Source: Planctomycetota bacterium (GTDB lineage Bacteria; Planctomycetota; JAJSAM01; JAJVHW01). From it: a DNA stretch of 64,000 nt. The notes beneath the pieces were generated by a model, which worked only from the letters and a program-made list of their open reading frames with translations, was not told the origin of the DNA and did no database searches. Position 1 is the stretch's first letter. Every line of letters starts with the position of its first letter. Shown here piece after piece: positions 29,659 through 40,604 of this stretch. Location of the stretch: positions 832,001 to 896,000 of the forward strand of contig CBDFJG010000004.1 of NCBI GenBank assembly GCA_965248445.1, written 5' to 3'. The position numbers were made by a program, and so were the translations under genes.

Positions 29659-30032
29659 ATGAGCAGCAAGGGCAAGACAATCGGCTACTGGGTTGCAACG
29701 GCACTCGTCGCGCTGGTGATGGCGGGGGGGGGGGCGTCGCGGACATCGTCCAGCCGGCGGACATGATGGAGGACGTCAAGCACCTCCTGTACCCGGCGTA
29801 CTTCTTCACGATCCTCGGCGTGTGGAAGCTGCTCGGTGTCATCGCAATCCTGAGCCCGAAGTTGCCTCTCCTGAAGGAGTGGGCATACGCCGGGTTCGTG
29901 TTCGACACGACGGGAGCGCTCGCCTCTCACGTCGCCGTCGGCGATGGCCTGGCAGACTGGTTCCCGGCCGTAGCGGTCACCGTCCTGGTCTACGTCAGCT
30001 GGCGCCTCCGCCCGCCCAGCCGGCGCGTCTGA
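29659..30032 (+). pseudogene. DoxX-family membrane protein, frameshifted in a G11 tract
   Basis: MSSKGKTIGYWVATALVALVMAGGG continues in another frame as VADIVQ...YPAYFFTILGVWKLLG...LKEWAYAGFVF; G run at 29724-29734. Confidence 0.8.
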
Positions 30033-30153
30033 CCATACCGAGACCGGTACCAATCGGCGCACGGCACAGGGCGAGCGTCGAGAACCGCCGTCATCGCACG
30101 ATCGGGCCCGAGCGTTGTCTGCCGTGCGCCGATTGGTACCGGTCTCGGTATGG
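30033..30153. repeat. 121-bp element with perfect 34-bp terminal inverted repeats
   Basis: CCATACCGAGACCGGTACCAATCGGCGCACGGCA at 30033-30066, with its exact reverse complement at 30120-30153. Confidence 0.85.
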
Positions 30154-30170
30154 CGAGTTACTCTCACGAC

Positions 30171-31028
30171 GTGAAGGCCGCACTCGCCCAGATCGCCCCC
30201 CGCCTCGCCGACCTCGAGGCCAACTTCGCGCTGCACGCGGAGACCGTCGACGAGGCCGTCTCGCGCGGCGCGGAGCTCGTTGTGTTTCCCGAGCTCTCGC
30301 TCACCGGCTACTGCCTGATGGAGGCGACGCCCGAGGTCGCGTTCTCGACACGCTCGCCGTCGATGGACCGGCTGCGGGAGCTCAGCAAGCGGGCCGCGAT
30401 CGTCGTCGGCTTCGTGGAGGAGGCGCCGGGCGGCCGCTACATGAACTCGGCCGCGTTCCTCGACGGCGGCGAGCTGATCCACGTGCACCGCAAGGTGTTC
30501 TTGCCGGCCCACGGCCTGTTTGACGAGGCGCGCCACTTCGCCGCCGGCGAGCGCATCCGCGCGTTCGACACGCGCTTCGGGCGCGTCGGCATGCTGGTCT
30601 GCCGCGACTTCTGGCACCTTGGCCCGGCGTACGTCCTCGCGTGCCAGGACATCGAGATCCTGTGCGTGTCGAGCGCCAGTCCCGGCCGCGGCGCGAGCGG
30701 CGGTGACGGGTCCTTCACGAGCATCGCCAGCATGAGCATCTACGGCGACGTGTACGCGCGGTCGTTCGGCATCCACGTGCTCCACACGAATCGAGCCGGC
30801 GTCGAGGAGGGCGTGTCGTTCACCGGCGCGTCCGAGGCGCTCGGTCCGTCCGGGAAGGTGCTCGCGCGCGCGAGCGACCTCGACCCGGAACTCGTCGTCG
30901 TCGACATCGATCCCGACGCGCGCCGCACAGCACGGCTGCGCATGCCGTTCCTCAAGGAGGAGCGGCCACACTTGATCCTCCGGGAGTTGCAGCGTGTCCT
31001 CGCCGAGCGCACCGCCCCTGGATACTGA
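30171..31028 (+). CDS. nitrilase-family amidohydrolase (probable glutaminase subunit of NAD synthetase)
   Basis: FPELSLTGY, HRKVFLP, LVCRDFWH (E-K-C triad); overlaps nadE. Confidence 0.85.
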   Translation: MKAALAQIAPRLADLEANFALHAETVDEAVSRGAELVVFPELSLTGYCLMEATPEVAFSTRSPSMDRLRELSKRAAIVVGFVEEAPGGRYMNSAAFLDGGELIHVHRKVFLPAHGLFDEARHFAAGERIRAFDTRFGRVGMLVCRDFWHLGPAYVLACQDIEILCVSSASPGRGASGGDGSFTSIASMSIYGDVYARSFGIHVLHTNRAGVEEGVSFTGASEALGPSGKVLARASDLDPELVVVDIDPDARRTARLRMPFLKEERPHLILRELQRVLAERTAPGY

Positions 31029-31824
31029 GCTCGCCGAGCGGGTCCTCGTCACGTTCCTGCGCGACGAAGCCGCCCGCGCCGGGTTCTCGCGATTCGTGGT
31101 CGGACTGTCCGGCGGGATCGACTCCGCGCTGGCGGCGTTCGTGGCAACGCGCGCGGTCGGCCCGGAGAACCTCGTCGCGCTGGCGCTGCCCTGGCGCGGC
31201 TCCAACGAGGACAGTCTCGTCCATGCGCGCCTGGTGGCCGAAGCCGGCGGGTTCGACCTGGGAGTCGTCGATCTCACCGCGGCGGCGGACGGCCTGCTGG
31301 GCGAACTGAAGGAGCCGAACGATCACCGGACGGGCAACGTGCTGGCCCGGCTCCGGATGGTCACGCTGTTCGATCGCAGCGCCGCGGAGAACGCCCTCGT
31401 GCTGGGTACGAGCAACAAGACCGAGCTGCTGCTCGGATACGGCACGCTGCACGGCGACCTCGCGTCGGCCCTCAACCCGCTGGGCGACCTCTACAAGGGC
31501 CAGGTTCGCGCGCTCGCGCGCCATCTGGGCGTGCCCGACGTCGTGATCGAGAAGGCGCCGTCGGCGGATCTGTGGACCGGCCAGACCGACGAAGACGACC
31601 TGGGGTTCACCTACGACGTCGCCGACGAGGTCCTGTATCGCCTGGTTGACCGGATGCAGGGACCGGAGCGCGTCGTCGCCGAGGGCTTCGACCGGCAGGT
31701 CGTGGAGCGCATCCGGCGGCGGATCGTCCGCAATCAGTTCAAGCGACGCGGACCGGTGATCGCCAAGCTCTCCCAGCGCACGATCGACTGGGAGTTCCGG
31801 TACCCGCGCGATTGGGAGACCTGA
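30994..31824 (+). CDS. nadE: NAD+ synthetase
   Basis: GLSGGIDSA, GNVLARLRM, GTSNKTE, PSADLWTGQTDE. Confidence 0.95.
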   Translation: MSSPSAPPLDTELAERVLVTFLRDEAARAGFSRFVVGLSGGIDSALAAFVATRAVGPENLVALALPWRGSNEDSLVHARLVAEAGGFDLGVVDLTAAADGLLGELKEPNDHRTGNVLARLRMVTLFDRSAAENALVLGTSNKTELLLGYGTLHGDLASALNPLGDLYKGQVRALARHLGVPDVVIEKAPSADLWTGQTDEDDLGFTYDVADEVLYRLVDRMQGPERVVAEGFDRQVVERIRRRIVRNQFKRRGPVIAKLSQRTIDWEFRYPRDWET

Positions 31825-31856
31825 ACCCGTACGATGCGGCCCGGGTTGAAATCGTG

Positions 31857-33179
31857 ATGAAGGGACTCACCTGGCGGCGACGTGTCGCAGGCGCCGTGCT
31901 ATGCGTGGCGTTCTGCGTGCCGGCGCTCGTCTCGACTCACGAGTCGGCCACGGCCGACGAGAGCGGTCCCCTCGCACTTCTCGTCGACTTCGGCGGCCCG
32001 GTGACTCCCGTCATCGCGCAACACCTGGACCGCGTGATCAGCGAGGCTCCCGAGCGCGGGGCGCAACTGCTCCTGGTCCGTCTGGACACGCCCGGGGGCT
32101 CGATCGAACTGATGGACGACATCGTCCAGTCATTCAACGAGTCCCGGGTCCCGATCGTCGTGTGGGTCGGCCCGCGCAGCGCGCAGGCGACGTCCGCGGG
32201 CGTCTTCGTGACGCTCGCCGCCCACGTCGCTGGAATGGCGCCCGGCACGACCATCGGGGCCGCGAGTCCGGTCGCCGGCAACGGCGCCGATCTGCCCGAC
32301 ACGCTGAAGTCCAAAGTGGTCGGTGTCCTCAGCGCCAAGATGGAGAACCTCGCGGCCCGGCGCGGACCGGATGCCGTCGCGTTCGGCATCGAAGCGGTGG
32401 AGTCGGCCAGGACAATCACTGCCGAGGAGGCGCTGGACCTCCGCGTGGTCGACTTCCTGGCCGAGGACATCGACGCAGTGCTCGCCGAGATCGACGGGAA
32501 GGAAGTGTCGTTCCCCGACCGCGTGGCGCTGATCGAGACGGCGAACATGCGGGTCGAGGCCGCGGGACTGAGCGTGATCGAGGGAATCCTCAACACGATC
32601 ACGAACCCGACGATGGCGTACCTTCTGCTGTTGCTCGGGCTGATCGGCATCCTGTGGGAAGCCGTCGTGCCCGGGGTGGGATTGCCGGGGATCATCGGCG
32701 GGATCTCCCTGATCGTCGGCGTGTACGCACTCGGAGTGCTGCCCGTGAACTACGCGGGCGTGGGGCTGATCCTGCTCGCGTTCCTGCTGTTCCTGCTGGA
32801 CGTGAAGACCGGTGCGGGCGGTCTGGTTGCGATCGGCGGGGTGATCTCGCTGTTCCTGGGAGGCCTGTTGTTGTTCGAGTCGCCCTACTACTCGGTCTCG
32901 ATCGGCGTGCTGATCGCCACCGCCATCGCGGCCGGGGTGTTCTTCGTGTTCGCCGGTCGTATGGCCGTGGCGATCCACAAGAAGAAGGCGACGACCGGAC
33001 TCGAGGGACTCGTCGGCGCCGTCGGTGAAGTCCGCGAGGACCTGGATCCTGATGGACTCGTCGCGGTGCAGGGCGAGACATGGCGGGCGACCGCCGAAGA
33101 CGGGCCCGTCGCGCGAGGTACGCGCGTCGAGGTCACCGTCGTGGATGGATTGCGAATCCGCGTGAAGCGCGCGGAATAG
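31857..33179 (+). CDS. nfeD: NfeD-family membrane serine protease
   Basis: LDTPGG, ATSAG, GAASPV, TM bundle, OB-fold GETWRA. Confidence 0.9.
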   Translation: MKGLTWRRRVAGAVLCVAFCVPALVSTHESATADESGPLALLVDFGGPVTPVIAQHLDRVISEAPERGAQLLLVRLDTPGGSIELMDDIVQSFNESRVPIVVWVGPRSAQATSAGVFVTLAAHVAGMAPGTTIGAASPVAGNGADLPDTLKSKVVGVLSAKMENLAARRGPDAVAFGIEAVESARTITAEEALDLRVVDFLAEDIDAVLAEIDGKEVSFPDRVALIETANMRVEAAGLSVIEGILNTITNPTMAYLLLLLGLIGILWEAVVPGVGLPGIIGGISLIVGVYALGVLPVNYAGVGLILLAFLLFLLDVKTGAGGLVAIGGVISLFLGGLLLFESPYYSVSIGVLIATAIAAGVFFVFAGRMAVAIHKKKATTGLEGLVGAVGEVREDLDPDGLVAVQGETWRATAEDGPVARGTRVEVTVVDGLRIRVKRAE

Positions 33180-33190
33180 GAGAGTCTCTG

Positions 33191-34078
33191 ATGGAACCCC
33201 TGTTCGGAATGACGGTCTTCGCGGCAGCCGGTGCGGTGATCGCCGTGATCGGCGTGCTTCTCGCGTTCGGTCTGATGCTCCTCATGCAGGCCATCCGCAT
33301 CGTGAAGGAGTACGAGCGCGGCGTGATCTTCCGCCTCGGTCGCCTGGTCGGCGCGAAGGGCCCGGGCCTGTTCTTCCTCGTGCCGTTCATCGACACGATG
33401 GTGAAGGTCGACCTGCGCGTCGTGACGCTCGACGTCCCGTCGCAAGAGGCGATCACGCGAGACAACGTGACGGTCAAGGTCAACGCGGTCGTGTACTTCC
33501 GCGTGCTCGACCCGAGCTCCGCGATCGTCAACGTCGAGAACTACAAGCGTGCCACGTGGCTCGTCTCGCAGACGACGCTGCGCAGCGTGCTCGGCCAGAG
33601 CGAGCTCGACGAACTGCTGGCGAACCGCGAGAAGATCAACGGCGAACTCTGCCGCATCATCGACGAGGAGACCGAGCCCTGGGGCATCAAGGTCTCGATG
33701 GTCGAGGTGAAGGACGTCGAGCTGCCACCGTCGATGCAGCGCGCCATGGCGAAGCAGGCGGAAGCGGAGCGCGAGAAGCGCGCGAAGATCATCCATGCAT
33801 CGGGTGAGGCCATCGCAGCGGTCGAGCTCGCCCAGGCGGCGCGCAAACTCTCCGCCGAGCCGGCCGCGATCCAGCTGCGCTACTTGCAGACGCTGACCGA
33901 GATCGGCGTCGAACAGAACTCGACGATCATCTTCCCGGTTCCAGTGGACATGCTCGCGGCCTTCATGAAGAAGGTCGGAATCGACGTGCCGAGCAGCATT
34001 GCGACACCGACCCCGCACACCGCGAGTGACGGGAACGGCCTCGGCGATCTCGAGGCGCCGGACGAGCGCATCGCGTAG
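33191..34078 (+). CDS. slipin/SPFH (stomatin-like) protein
   Basis: [48 protein letters not shown]. Confidence 0.95.
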   Translation: MEPLFGMTVFAAAGAVIAVIGVLLAFGLMLLMQAIRIVKEYERGVIFRLGRLVGAKGPGLFFLVPFIDTMVKVDLRVVTLDVPSQEAITRDNVTVKVNAVVYFRVLDPSSAIVNVENYKRATWLVSQTTLRSVLGQSELDELLANREKINGELCRIIDEETEPWGIKVSMVEVKDVELPPSMQRAMAKQAEAEREKRAKIIHASGEAIAAVELAQAARKLSAEPAAIQLRYLQTLTEIGVEQNSTIIFPVPVDMLAAFMKKVGIDVPSSIATPTPHTASDGNGLGDLEAPDERIA

Positions 34079-34139
34079 CCGGGACCGCGCGGGAGAGAGA
34101 GACGTGAGCGGCGTCGGGCGTCGCGGGAGGGTGAGTTTC

Positions 34140-37100
34140 ATGCGATCGTTGCTGCCCCGATTCTCTCTGCTCGGCTGCGCCGTCGCGCTGACCGCCCTCG
34201 CGGTCCTCGCGCCCCCGGCGGAGGCCGCCTCCCCGATCCCCGAGTTCCCGGCCGACGGCGTCGCGCTGAGCGGCGTCCGCGACACGTTCGACGGACTCCG
34301 CCGTCACATCGCCGCACGGGAGACCCGCGTCGGAGCGAGGTACGTCGCCGTCATCGTGAAGTTCACTGAGCCGCGCAACCGCTCGGGCCGCCAGTACTCC
34401 CGCACCGCCATCCCCTACGTCGACCGCGTGTTCAAGTCGTGGGCCGACCAGCTCGATCCCGAGAATCACGTCCTGATCTGCATGTCGACCGAGAACCGCG
34501 GCATCGCGATCCACTCGGGCAGCCGGTGGTCGAATCTCGGATTCGCCGAGGCCGGAATCACGAAGGTCATCGACGAGTCGCCGTTCGCGCGGGTGGCGCG
34601 CACCGGCGACCACTCCGGCGCGCTGGAGCGCCTGGTCGACGCGGTAGATCTGCACCTGTCCTTGCGCGTGCAGAGCATCGAACGCAACGCGGCGCGGGTG
34701 CGTGACGACATCGGCGCGTACGGACGCGACATCGCGAACGCGCGAGCCGCCGCGAAGGCCGCCGGAACGCTGACCCCGACCGTGCGGGCGCGGCTCGACG
34801 CCGCGGTCACGGGTGCGCAGAGCGCGTCCCAGCGCGTCGACGCGGGCGACGTTGCAGGCGCCGAGCGCGAGTTGCGGAACGTGCACGCCGCGATCTCGGA
34901 CGTGCGCACCGCGGTGCAGCGCGCAGAGCACGAGAAGAACGAGATCACGCGGCTGACCGCCCAGGGGAACGCCCTCGTCCAAAGCGCGGAGGGCCTTCGC
35001 GCTGCGGCAGGAGAGCTGGCCGAGACCTCCCCCCGTGTGCACACTCGCCTCACGGCCATGGACGCGGGGGTGGAGCGCGTCCGCGACGTCCTGGGCGAGG
35101 GCTCGCTCAGCGAGCGGGCAACCGCCGTCGGCAACCTGGAAGCCCGCAACGGCCAGGTGCTGAACATGATCAAGGTCGAGACGGCCAACCGCGAGGAGCT
35201 GCTCCGGCTCCGCGCGGCTGCGCCCGACCAGATCCGCATCGCACGGGAGCGCCTCGCCGAGGTCCGCGAGAAGGTGGACGCCGCGCCAATGCGGCCGGCC
35301 GGCGCAGCGAACGTCCAAGAGGTCGAAGACCTGCTGATCGACGCCGACACGATGCTGCTCGCGAGCGATCCGCGCAGCGCAGTGGACTCGGCCGAACGCG
35401 CCGGCCGGATGCTCGACGGCATCGAGAGCTCCGTCGGGGTGGCCCACCGCTCGCATCGCTTCCGGACCACGACGCTCCCGATGATCATCGGCGGTGCGCT
35501 CCTGGCACTGCTGGTGCTGCTCGCCGTGCTGCACACTCTCGTACGCCGCGCGGCGCTGCGCCGCGCGACCCTCGTCATCGAGCGGTGGCGCAAACTGCTC
35601 GGACGCGCGGGCACGCGGCTCGTCAAGATGCGCGACGACCACCCGTTCCTGTTCGGCTCCCAACGGCTGGCTCAGCGGTTCACAGGCTCCACCGCCAGAC
35701 ACTTCGTGGAGATGGGCGAAGGCGCCGACGACCTGTTCCTCACCTACGGCGCCGCCGCCAATCAGCTCAAGCGCGCGGAGACCGTGCTCGACGAAGCGCC
35801 GGTGATCGGCTGGGGCAACTTCAACCTCATCGTTCGGCTGCTCGGCGAATCGAAGGTCGAACTGTCGCGCGAGCAGGTCGGAGACGACGAGCTGTTCCTG
35901 CCCGAGACGATCGTGGTCTCGCGTCCCGCGGCCGAGCTCCTGGACCACATGGGCGACGTCTACGAGGAGGTGTACGGGAAGGTGCACGCGCTCGAGGCCG
36001 AGCTCGTCGAAGTGCCGGAGATCCTGGCCGGTGCGCTCGACGCACTGACCGCCGCCGAGGAGTCGCTCGGCGATCTCCGCACGCGCGGAGTCGGCGTCGC
36101 CGCCTACGAGGAAGCACACGCCGCACATCGCGAGCGGCATGATTGGCTGCGCGCCCGGGTCGAGCACGACCCGATCGGTGCACGGCCGGACGCCACCTCT
36201 CTCGACGCTGCCGCCGAGACACTGATGGCGAGGCTGCGGCGCGTCACGGCTGCCCGCGATGTCCTCGACGACGCGCTCGACGTGCGGCTGGCCGCGGTGC
36301 TGAAGCGAATCGCCGCGCGGCGCGTCGAGGGCCTCCGCATGTCGGAGCCCGGTTTCGAGCCCGAGCGGATGTCCCGCGCCGCCGTCGATGCGGGAGGTGC
36401 TGCGATGACCAGCGCCGCCGCCGGCGAGGACCACGCCGCGGTCAACGCCGCGAGCCACGCGAACGACACCGTCGCCGAGATGGAGCGCCTCGTCGACCTG
36501 ACGCTGACGTCACGCGACACCACTCCCGGACAGCTCACCAAGCTGCGGGAGGAGGAAGAGACCCAGCGCAGCGTGCTCCACGAACGCGGCGGCAAGATCG
36601 CCACGCTGCAGTCCGAGCACGACGACCGCGCGATCATGCCCGCGCTCGACAACGCCGAGGAAGCCGCCACGGCGCTCGACTTCGTAGGCGGCTGCATCGA
36701 CGAGGCGCACGAAGCGCTCACCCCGGGCGCGCAGCGGTACCTCGCCGCCGCGGAGCTCGCCCGTCGCGCGCTGCATGTCCTCGCCGATGTGACCGACCTC
36801 TACGCGGAGATCGACTCGAAGGCGCAGCAGCTCCGCGAGGCGCGCCAGGACGCACGCGAGACGGTCGCGCTGGCGCGGAGGCGCTCGGGTGATCTCGCCG
36901 CGTTCCTCACGGCGGACGGCCCGTTCGCAGGCGAGTCGACGACGGATGCCTCGGCGACGCTCGAGCGGAGGGTCACCGAGGAGACCGAGGCGCAGGCGTC
37001 GCCGAAGCCGCATTGGATCGAACGTCTGGCCGCGGCGCAGGCGCTCGTGGCACACGAACAAGGCGTGCGCGTCGTGGCGGAAGAGGAACGCCGCGCACGG

Positions 37101-37799
37101 GACGCAGCGCGCAAGCTCTCGTCGTCTCTCGAGGGTGACTACCGCGAAGCTGAACGTCTCTTGCGCTCGTCCACCGACGACCGCCCGCCCGCGAACCGGC
37201 GCCTCGCCGAGGCGGCGGCGCTCATCGGACACGCCGGCGAACAGGACGGAGCGAAGCACCCAGACTGGGGAGCGATGGTCGCGCTGCTCACCGATGCACA
37301 GGAGCATGTACGCGAGGCTGTGCGCATGACGCACGAGGACCTCGAACTGGCCGCTGCGGCGCGCCGCTCGATCGGCAAGGCGCACGACGCCATCGCCAAC
37401 GCGGACCGTTCGTACGGACACAGCGTGCGCGCGCGGCTCGGCAGCTCCCGCAAGCGGCTGCGCAAGGCGCGCAACGCACTGGCGGTGCAGCAGTACGAGT
37501 TGGCTCGCGAGACGGCGGACGCAGCGCGGGCCAAGGCCGACCATGCGCGGCGGGACGCGGTCAGCGCCGCGCGCCGCAAGGCGGCCGCCGAGCTCACGAA
37601 GGCGCTCGCCACGGCCGCGGCGGTCACTGTGTTCTCGGGACGTGCTCGCGGCGGGTCGTCGTGGGGCGGCTCGTCGTCCTCGTGGGGAAGTTCGTCCGGG
37701 ATATCGTCTGGTAGTTCCTCGGGATGGTCCGGCGGATTCGGCAGCAGCTCCGGAGGCTCCAGTTTCGGCGGCTCGTCCAGCGGCGGCAGCTCCTGGTAG
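34140..37799 (+). CDS. large TPM-domain membrane protein with long coiled coils and Gly/Ser-rich tail
   Basis: Signal peptide, TPM-like N-terminus, one central TM, helical remainder, GGSSFGGSSSGGSSW end. Confidence 0.75.
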   Translation: MRSLLPRFSLLGCAVALTALAVLAPPAEAASPIPEFPADGVALSGVRDTFDGLRRHIAARETRVGARYVAVIVKFTEPRNRSGRQYSRTAIPYVDRVFKSWADQLDPENHVLICMSTENRGIAIHSGSRWSNLGFAEAGITKVIDESPFARVARTGDHSGALERLVDAVDLHLSLRVQSIERNAARVRDDIGAYGRDIANARAAAKAAGTLTPTVRARLDAAVTGAQSASQRVDAGDVAGAERELRNVHAAISDVRTAVQRAEHEKNEITRLTAQGNALVQSAEGLRAAAGELAETSPRVHTRLTAMDAGVERVRDVLGEGSLSERATAVGNLEARNGQVLNMIKVETANREELLRLRAAAPDQIRIARERLAEVREKVDAAPMRPAGAANVQEVEDLLIDADTMLLASDPRSAVDSAERAGRMLDGIESSVGVAHRSHRFRTTTLPMIIGGALLALLVLLAVLHTLVRRAALRRATLVIERWRKLLGRAGTRLVKMRDDHPFLFGSQRLAQRFTGSTARHFVEMGEGADDLFLTYGAAANQLKRAETVLDEAPVIGWGNFNLIVRLLGESKVELSREQVGDDELFLPETIVVSRPAAELLDHMGDVYEEVYGKVHALEAELVEVPEILAGALDALTAAEESLGDLRTRGVGVAAYEEAHAAHRERHDWLRARVEHDPIGARPDATSLDAAAETLMARLRRVTAARDVLDDALDVRLAAVLKRIAARRVEGLRMSEPGFEPERMSRAAVDAGGAAMTSAAAGEDHAAVNAASHANDTVAEMERLVDLTLTSRDTTPGQLTKLREEEETQRSVLHERGGKIATLQSEHDDRAIMPALDNAEEAATALDFVGGCIDEAHEALTPGAQRYLAAAELARRALHVLADVTDLYAEIDSKAQQLREARQDARETVALARRRSGDLAAFLTADGPFAGESTTDASATLERRVTEETEAQASPKPHWIERLAAAQALVAHEQGVRVVAEEERRARDAARKLSSSLEGDYREAERLLRSSTDDRPPANRRLAEAAALIGHAGEQDGAKHPDWGAMVALLTDAQEHVREAVRMTHEDLELAAAARRSIGKAHDAIANADRSYGHSVRARLGSSRKRLRKARNALAVQQYELARETADAARAKADHARRDAVSAARRKAAAELTKALATAAAVTVFSGRARGGSSWGGSSSSWGSSSGISSGSSSGWSGGFGSSSGGSSFGGSSSGGSSW

Positions 37800-37821
37800 C
37801 TGCGTCGTCTAACGTGGCGTC

Positions 37822-38433
37822 GTGACGACGGAACGCGCGATGCGAGGACGGGCCGGCGTGTCCGCGCTGGTTGGCGCGGCCGCGGGCATCGTTGCGGCAG
37901 CGTTGTTCACCGTGCTCATGAGTACGGGCTCTACCTCGAGGGCCCCGGGCAGCGACACTCCGGCGGTGAACTCGGAGCGCACCGACGCGCTCCTCGAGGA
38001 ACTGATCGACGAGGTCCGTGCTCTCCGTCGGACCGTGGCGAACGAGACCCGCGTCACGCCACCGTCGCGGCGGGCGCCCGAGGCCGAGCCACCGCGCGCC
38101 GTTGCAGCGCCGTCGGCGGCACCTCTCATGGAGACGCCGCTCACCGGCCGCACGCGGCACGTACCGACGGACGCGCGGAAGGACGCCGACTGGGCCGCAC
38201 TCAAGGTTCTGCAGAAGTTCGAGAAGGACGAGTCGGTCCGGCGCGCCTGGCTGTTGACCGAGGAGGCCGAGATCGAGCGCAGGTTCGGGTTCCCGACTGC
38301 GGTCTCGGAGAGCGGCCGGCAGTGGCACTACATCCGCCGCCGCAGCGACGGCGCGCAACTCGAGTACTACTACCTGAACTTCGATGACCTCGGCCGACTC
38401 GCCAGCATCTACTACCGGAACAAGCAGCGGTGA
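37822..38433 (+). CDS. membrane-anchored hypothetical protein
   Basis: N-terminal TM, Pro-rich linker, IERRFGFP..WHY (SmpA/BamE-like) end. Confidence 0.6.
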   Translation: MTTERAMRGRAGVSALVGAAAGIVAAALFTVLMSTGSTSRAPGSDTPAVNSERTDALLEELIDEVRALRRTVANETRVTPPSRRAPEAEPPRAVAAPSAAPLMETPLTGRTRHVPTDARKDADWAALKVLQKFEKDESVRRAWLLTEEAEIERRFGFPTAVSESGRQWHYIRRRSDGAQLEYYYLNFDDLGRLASIYYRNKQR

Positions 38434-38439
38434 ACGCCC

Positions 38440-39312
38440 GTGGCGCGCGCTGACCTGCGCCGCCGCGAGAACGTCGCGGGCGATCTCTACGTCGATGATT
38501 CGTGCATCGACTGCGACACCTGCCGCTGGATGGCCCCCAGGACGTTCGCAGCGGTAGGCCGGCAGTCCGCGGTCGTTCGCCAGCCCGAGAGTGAGGAGGA
38601 CCTGCACGCAGCTCTCCTCGCCCTGGTCGCGTGCCCGACTTCCTCGATCGGCACCACCGAGCGGCACGACGTGGCGGCCGCCTCGCGCGCGTTCCCCATG
38701 CCGCTGACCGGCGACGTGTTCCTCTGCGGCTACCACGCGGAGTCGAGCTACGGCGCCACGTCGTACTTCGTCCAACGCGATGCGGGAAACGTGCTGGTCG
38801 ATTCGCCGCGCTTCGCCGGACCCCTCGTGAGTCGCCTGGAGGAACTCGGCGGCGTGCACACGATGTTCCTCACCCACCGCGACGACGTCGCCGACCACGA
38901 GAAATTCGCTGCGCACTTCGGCTGCGAGCGCGTGCTGCACGAGGGCGACATGGCGAGCGGGACCCGCGACGTCGAACACGTGATCACCGGCAACGAGCCC
39001 GTGGAGCTCGCAGACAACCTCCCCGTGATCCCGACACCCGGCCACACCACCGGCTCGGCGTGCCTGCTGCACCGCGAAGAGCACCTGTTCACCGGCGACC
39101 ACGTCGCGTGGAGCGTGAGCCGCCGCGCGTTCGGCGGATTCCGTTCGGTGTGCTGGTACGACTGGCCCACGCAGATCCGGTCGATGCAGCGGCTGGCGGA
39201 GCACCGGTACTCCTGGATCCTCCCGGGCCACGGGCGACGGCACCGCGTAGACCCTGACGACGTCCGCGCCGTGATTGCAGAGACGGTGCGCTGGATGGAG
39301 AGCGTGGCGTGA
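38440..39312 (+). CDS. ferredoxin-fused MBL-fold metallo-hydrolase
   Basis: CIDCDTC...ACPT, THRDDVADH, TPGHT, FTGDH, LPGHG. Confidence 0.9.
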   Translation: MARADLRRRENVAGDLYVDDSCIDCDTCRWMAPRTFAAVGRQSAVVRQPESEEDLHAALLALVACPTSSIGTTERHDVAAASRAFPMPLTGDVFLCGYHAESSYGATSYFVQRDAGNVLVDSPRFAGPLVSRLEELGGVHTMFLTHRDDVADHEKFAAHFGCERVLHEGDMASGTRDVEHVITGNEPVELADNLPVIPTPGHTTGSACLLHREEHLFTGDHVAWSVSRRAFGGFRSVCWYDWPTQIRSMQRLAEHRYSWILPGHGRRHRVDPDDVRAVIAETVRWMESVA

Positions 39313-39328
39313 CGTCGGCGGCTCGCCG

Positions 39329-39793
39329 CTACCGCGCCATCGGCGCGCTCGACGCCGACTGGAGTGAGGGCAGGTCGCGCAGGAGCAGACGCGCGAGTTC
39401 CGCCGCGTCGGCCTCGCCGTTGGGGACGGCCACGCTGGCTTCGTAGAGCTTCTGGCCGGTGGCGTCGTACAGCGCGGTGCGCGCGCCGGTCATCTCGGGG
39501 CCCCGCGCCACCGTCGTGAGGAGCATGGCGTCGCCGCGCCCGCCGCCGTCCACGTACTCGGGATCGAGGGGACTGAAGTTGCGCGCGAGCAGGCCGTCGT
39601 AGAGTTCGCCCCGGATCTCGCCGGACATGGCGGGATCGGCGGTCGGCGCGGCCACTGCGACGTCGCTCATGTCGACGGTGGAGAGCGCCGGCGAGGACGT
39701 GGCGCGCACCGACGACGTCGGGGTCTGGCAGGCAGGCAGCGTCAGCGCCAGAGCGAGGAGGGACGCGGACAGCAGGGTCATGGGTGCACGCAT
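39329..39793 (-). CDS. hypothetical lipoprotein
   Basis: LLSASLLALALTLPAC lipobox. Confidence 0.6.
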   Translation of the reverse strand: MRAPMTLLSASLLALALTLPACQTPTSSVRATSSPALSTVDMSDVAVAAPTADPAMSGEIRGELYDGLLARNFSPLDPEYVDGGGRGDAMLLTTVARGPEMTGARTALYDATGQKLYEASVAVPNGEADAAELARLLLRDLPSLQSASSAPMAR

Positions 39794-39866
39794 GGGGACT
39801 CTCCGGGGACGCGACGAGGCTAACGCGCGGCGGGGACCGTCCTCTCCCCGCCCGGGGCCGCGCCCG

Positions 39867-40550
39867 TCAACTCCCGATCGACCCGGACCACGGAGGACCC
39901 CCTGCCCGCGCTCCGGCGACATCCTGAGCGCGCGTCGCGCGCGCCGCACAGACGGCGACGCACGCGATCCCGGCCACCTCCAGCAGCCACCCGAACGACA
40001 GGTCCCCGAACGCGTCCGACACCACCGGAACGTGGTGAATCGCCGCAGCGCGAAGCAGCACGAACAGCGCTAGGATGCCGACGCCGACGAGTGCAATCCA
40101 AAGTCGACGTACGTCCCCGGAAGCCAGTCTCCATATGGCTTTTAGCCCGACGAGCCCACCGATCGTCAGCACCGCGACGAACGCGATCTGCACCCCCCGC
40201 CGCGCGTCGTACCACCCCTGCGCCCGCGCCACCCGACGCCCGAAGTCGGTCAGCAAATCGTGCAGGTCGAGTGGCTTGTTCGCACCGAGCAGCAACAGCC
40301 CCGCCGCCGCCACGACCCAGAACAACGCGACCCGAGACCGATCTCCCCACGCCCCCGTCACGACCGCCGCCCGCGCCGAGCGAGCAGCCCCCACACACAG
40401 CAGCGCGACCACGACATACGCGACCGCAATCGCCCACTCGAGGCCCTGGCCGGGGAACGCCGCCCACACTGGCATGTCCCGGCACCATCGCAGCCTCGGT
40501 ATTTCCGGATCAAGCGCAACGCTCCCCGCGCCATCAGTGAGAGCGCGCAT
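39867..40550 (-). CDS. multi-TM membrane protein divergent from the GT2-NRPS operon
   Basis: W..AVAY, FW...LLLLGANKPLDL..LLT..GR..A...GWY..RR.VQ; 5-6 hydrophobic segments. Confidence 0.7.
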   Translation of the reverse strand: MRALTDGAGSVALDPEIPRLRWCRDMPVWAAFPGQGLEWAIAVAYVVVALLCVGAARSARAAVVTGAWGDRSRVALFWVVAAAGLLLLGANKPLDLHDLLTDFGRRVARAQGWYDARRGVQIAFVAVLTIGGLVGLKAIWRLASGDVRRLWIALVGVGILALFVLLRAAAIHHVPVVSDAFGDLSFGWLLEVAGIACVAVCAARATRAQDVAGARAGGPPWSGSIGS

Positions 40551-40604
40551 CCCGTCGCTTCCACTGGGCCAGGACACGGGGCGCGCGCACAATGCAGACT
40601 GTCC

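Noticed and set aside
30171..31824. Split nitrilase + NadE as a novel system or broken gene
   Set aside because: Two-subunit glutamine-dependent NAD synthetases are established, and both ORFs look intact.
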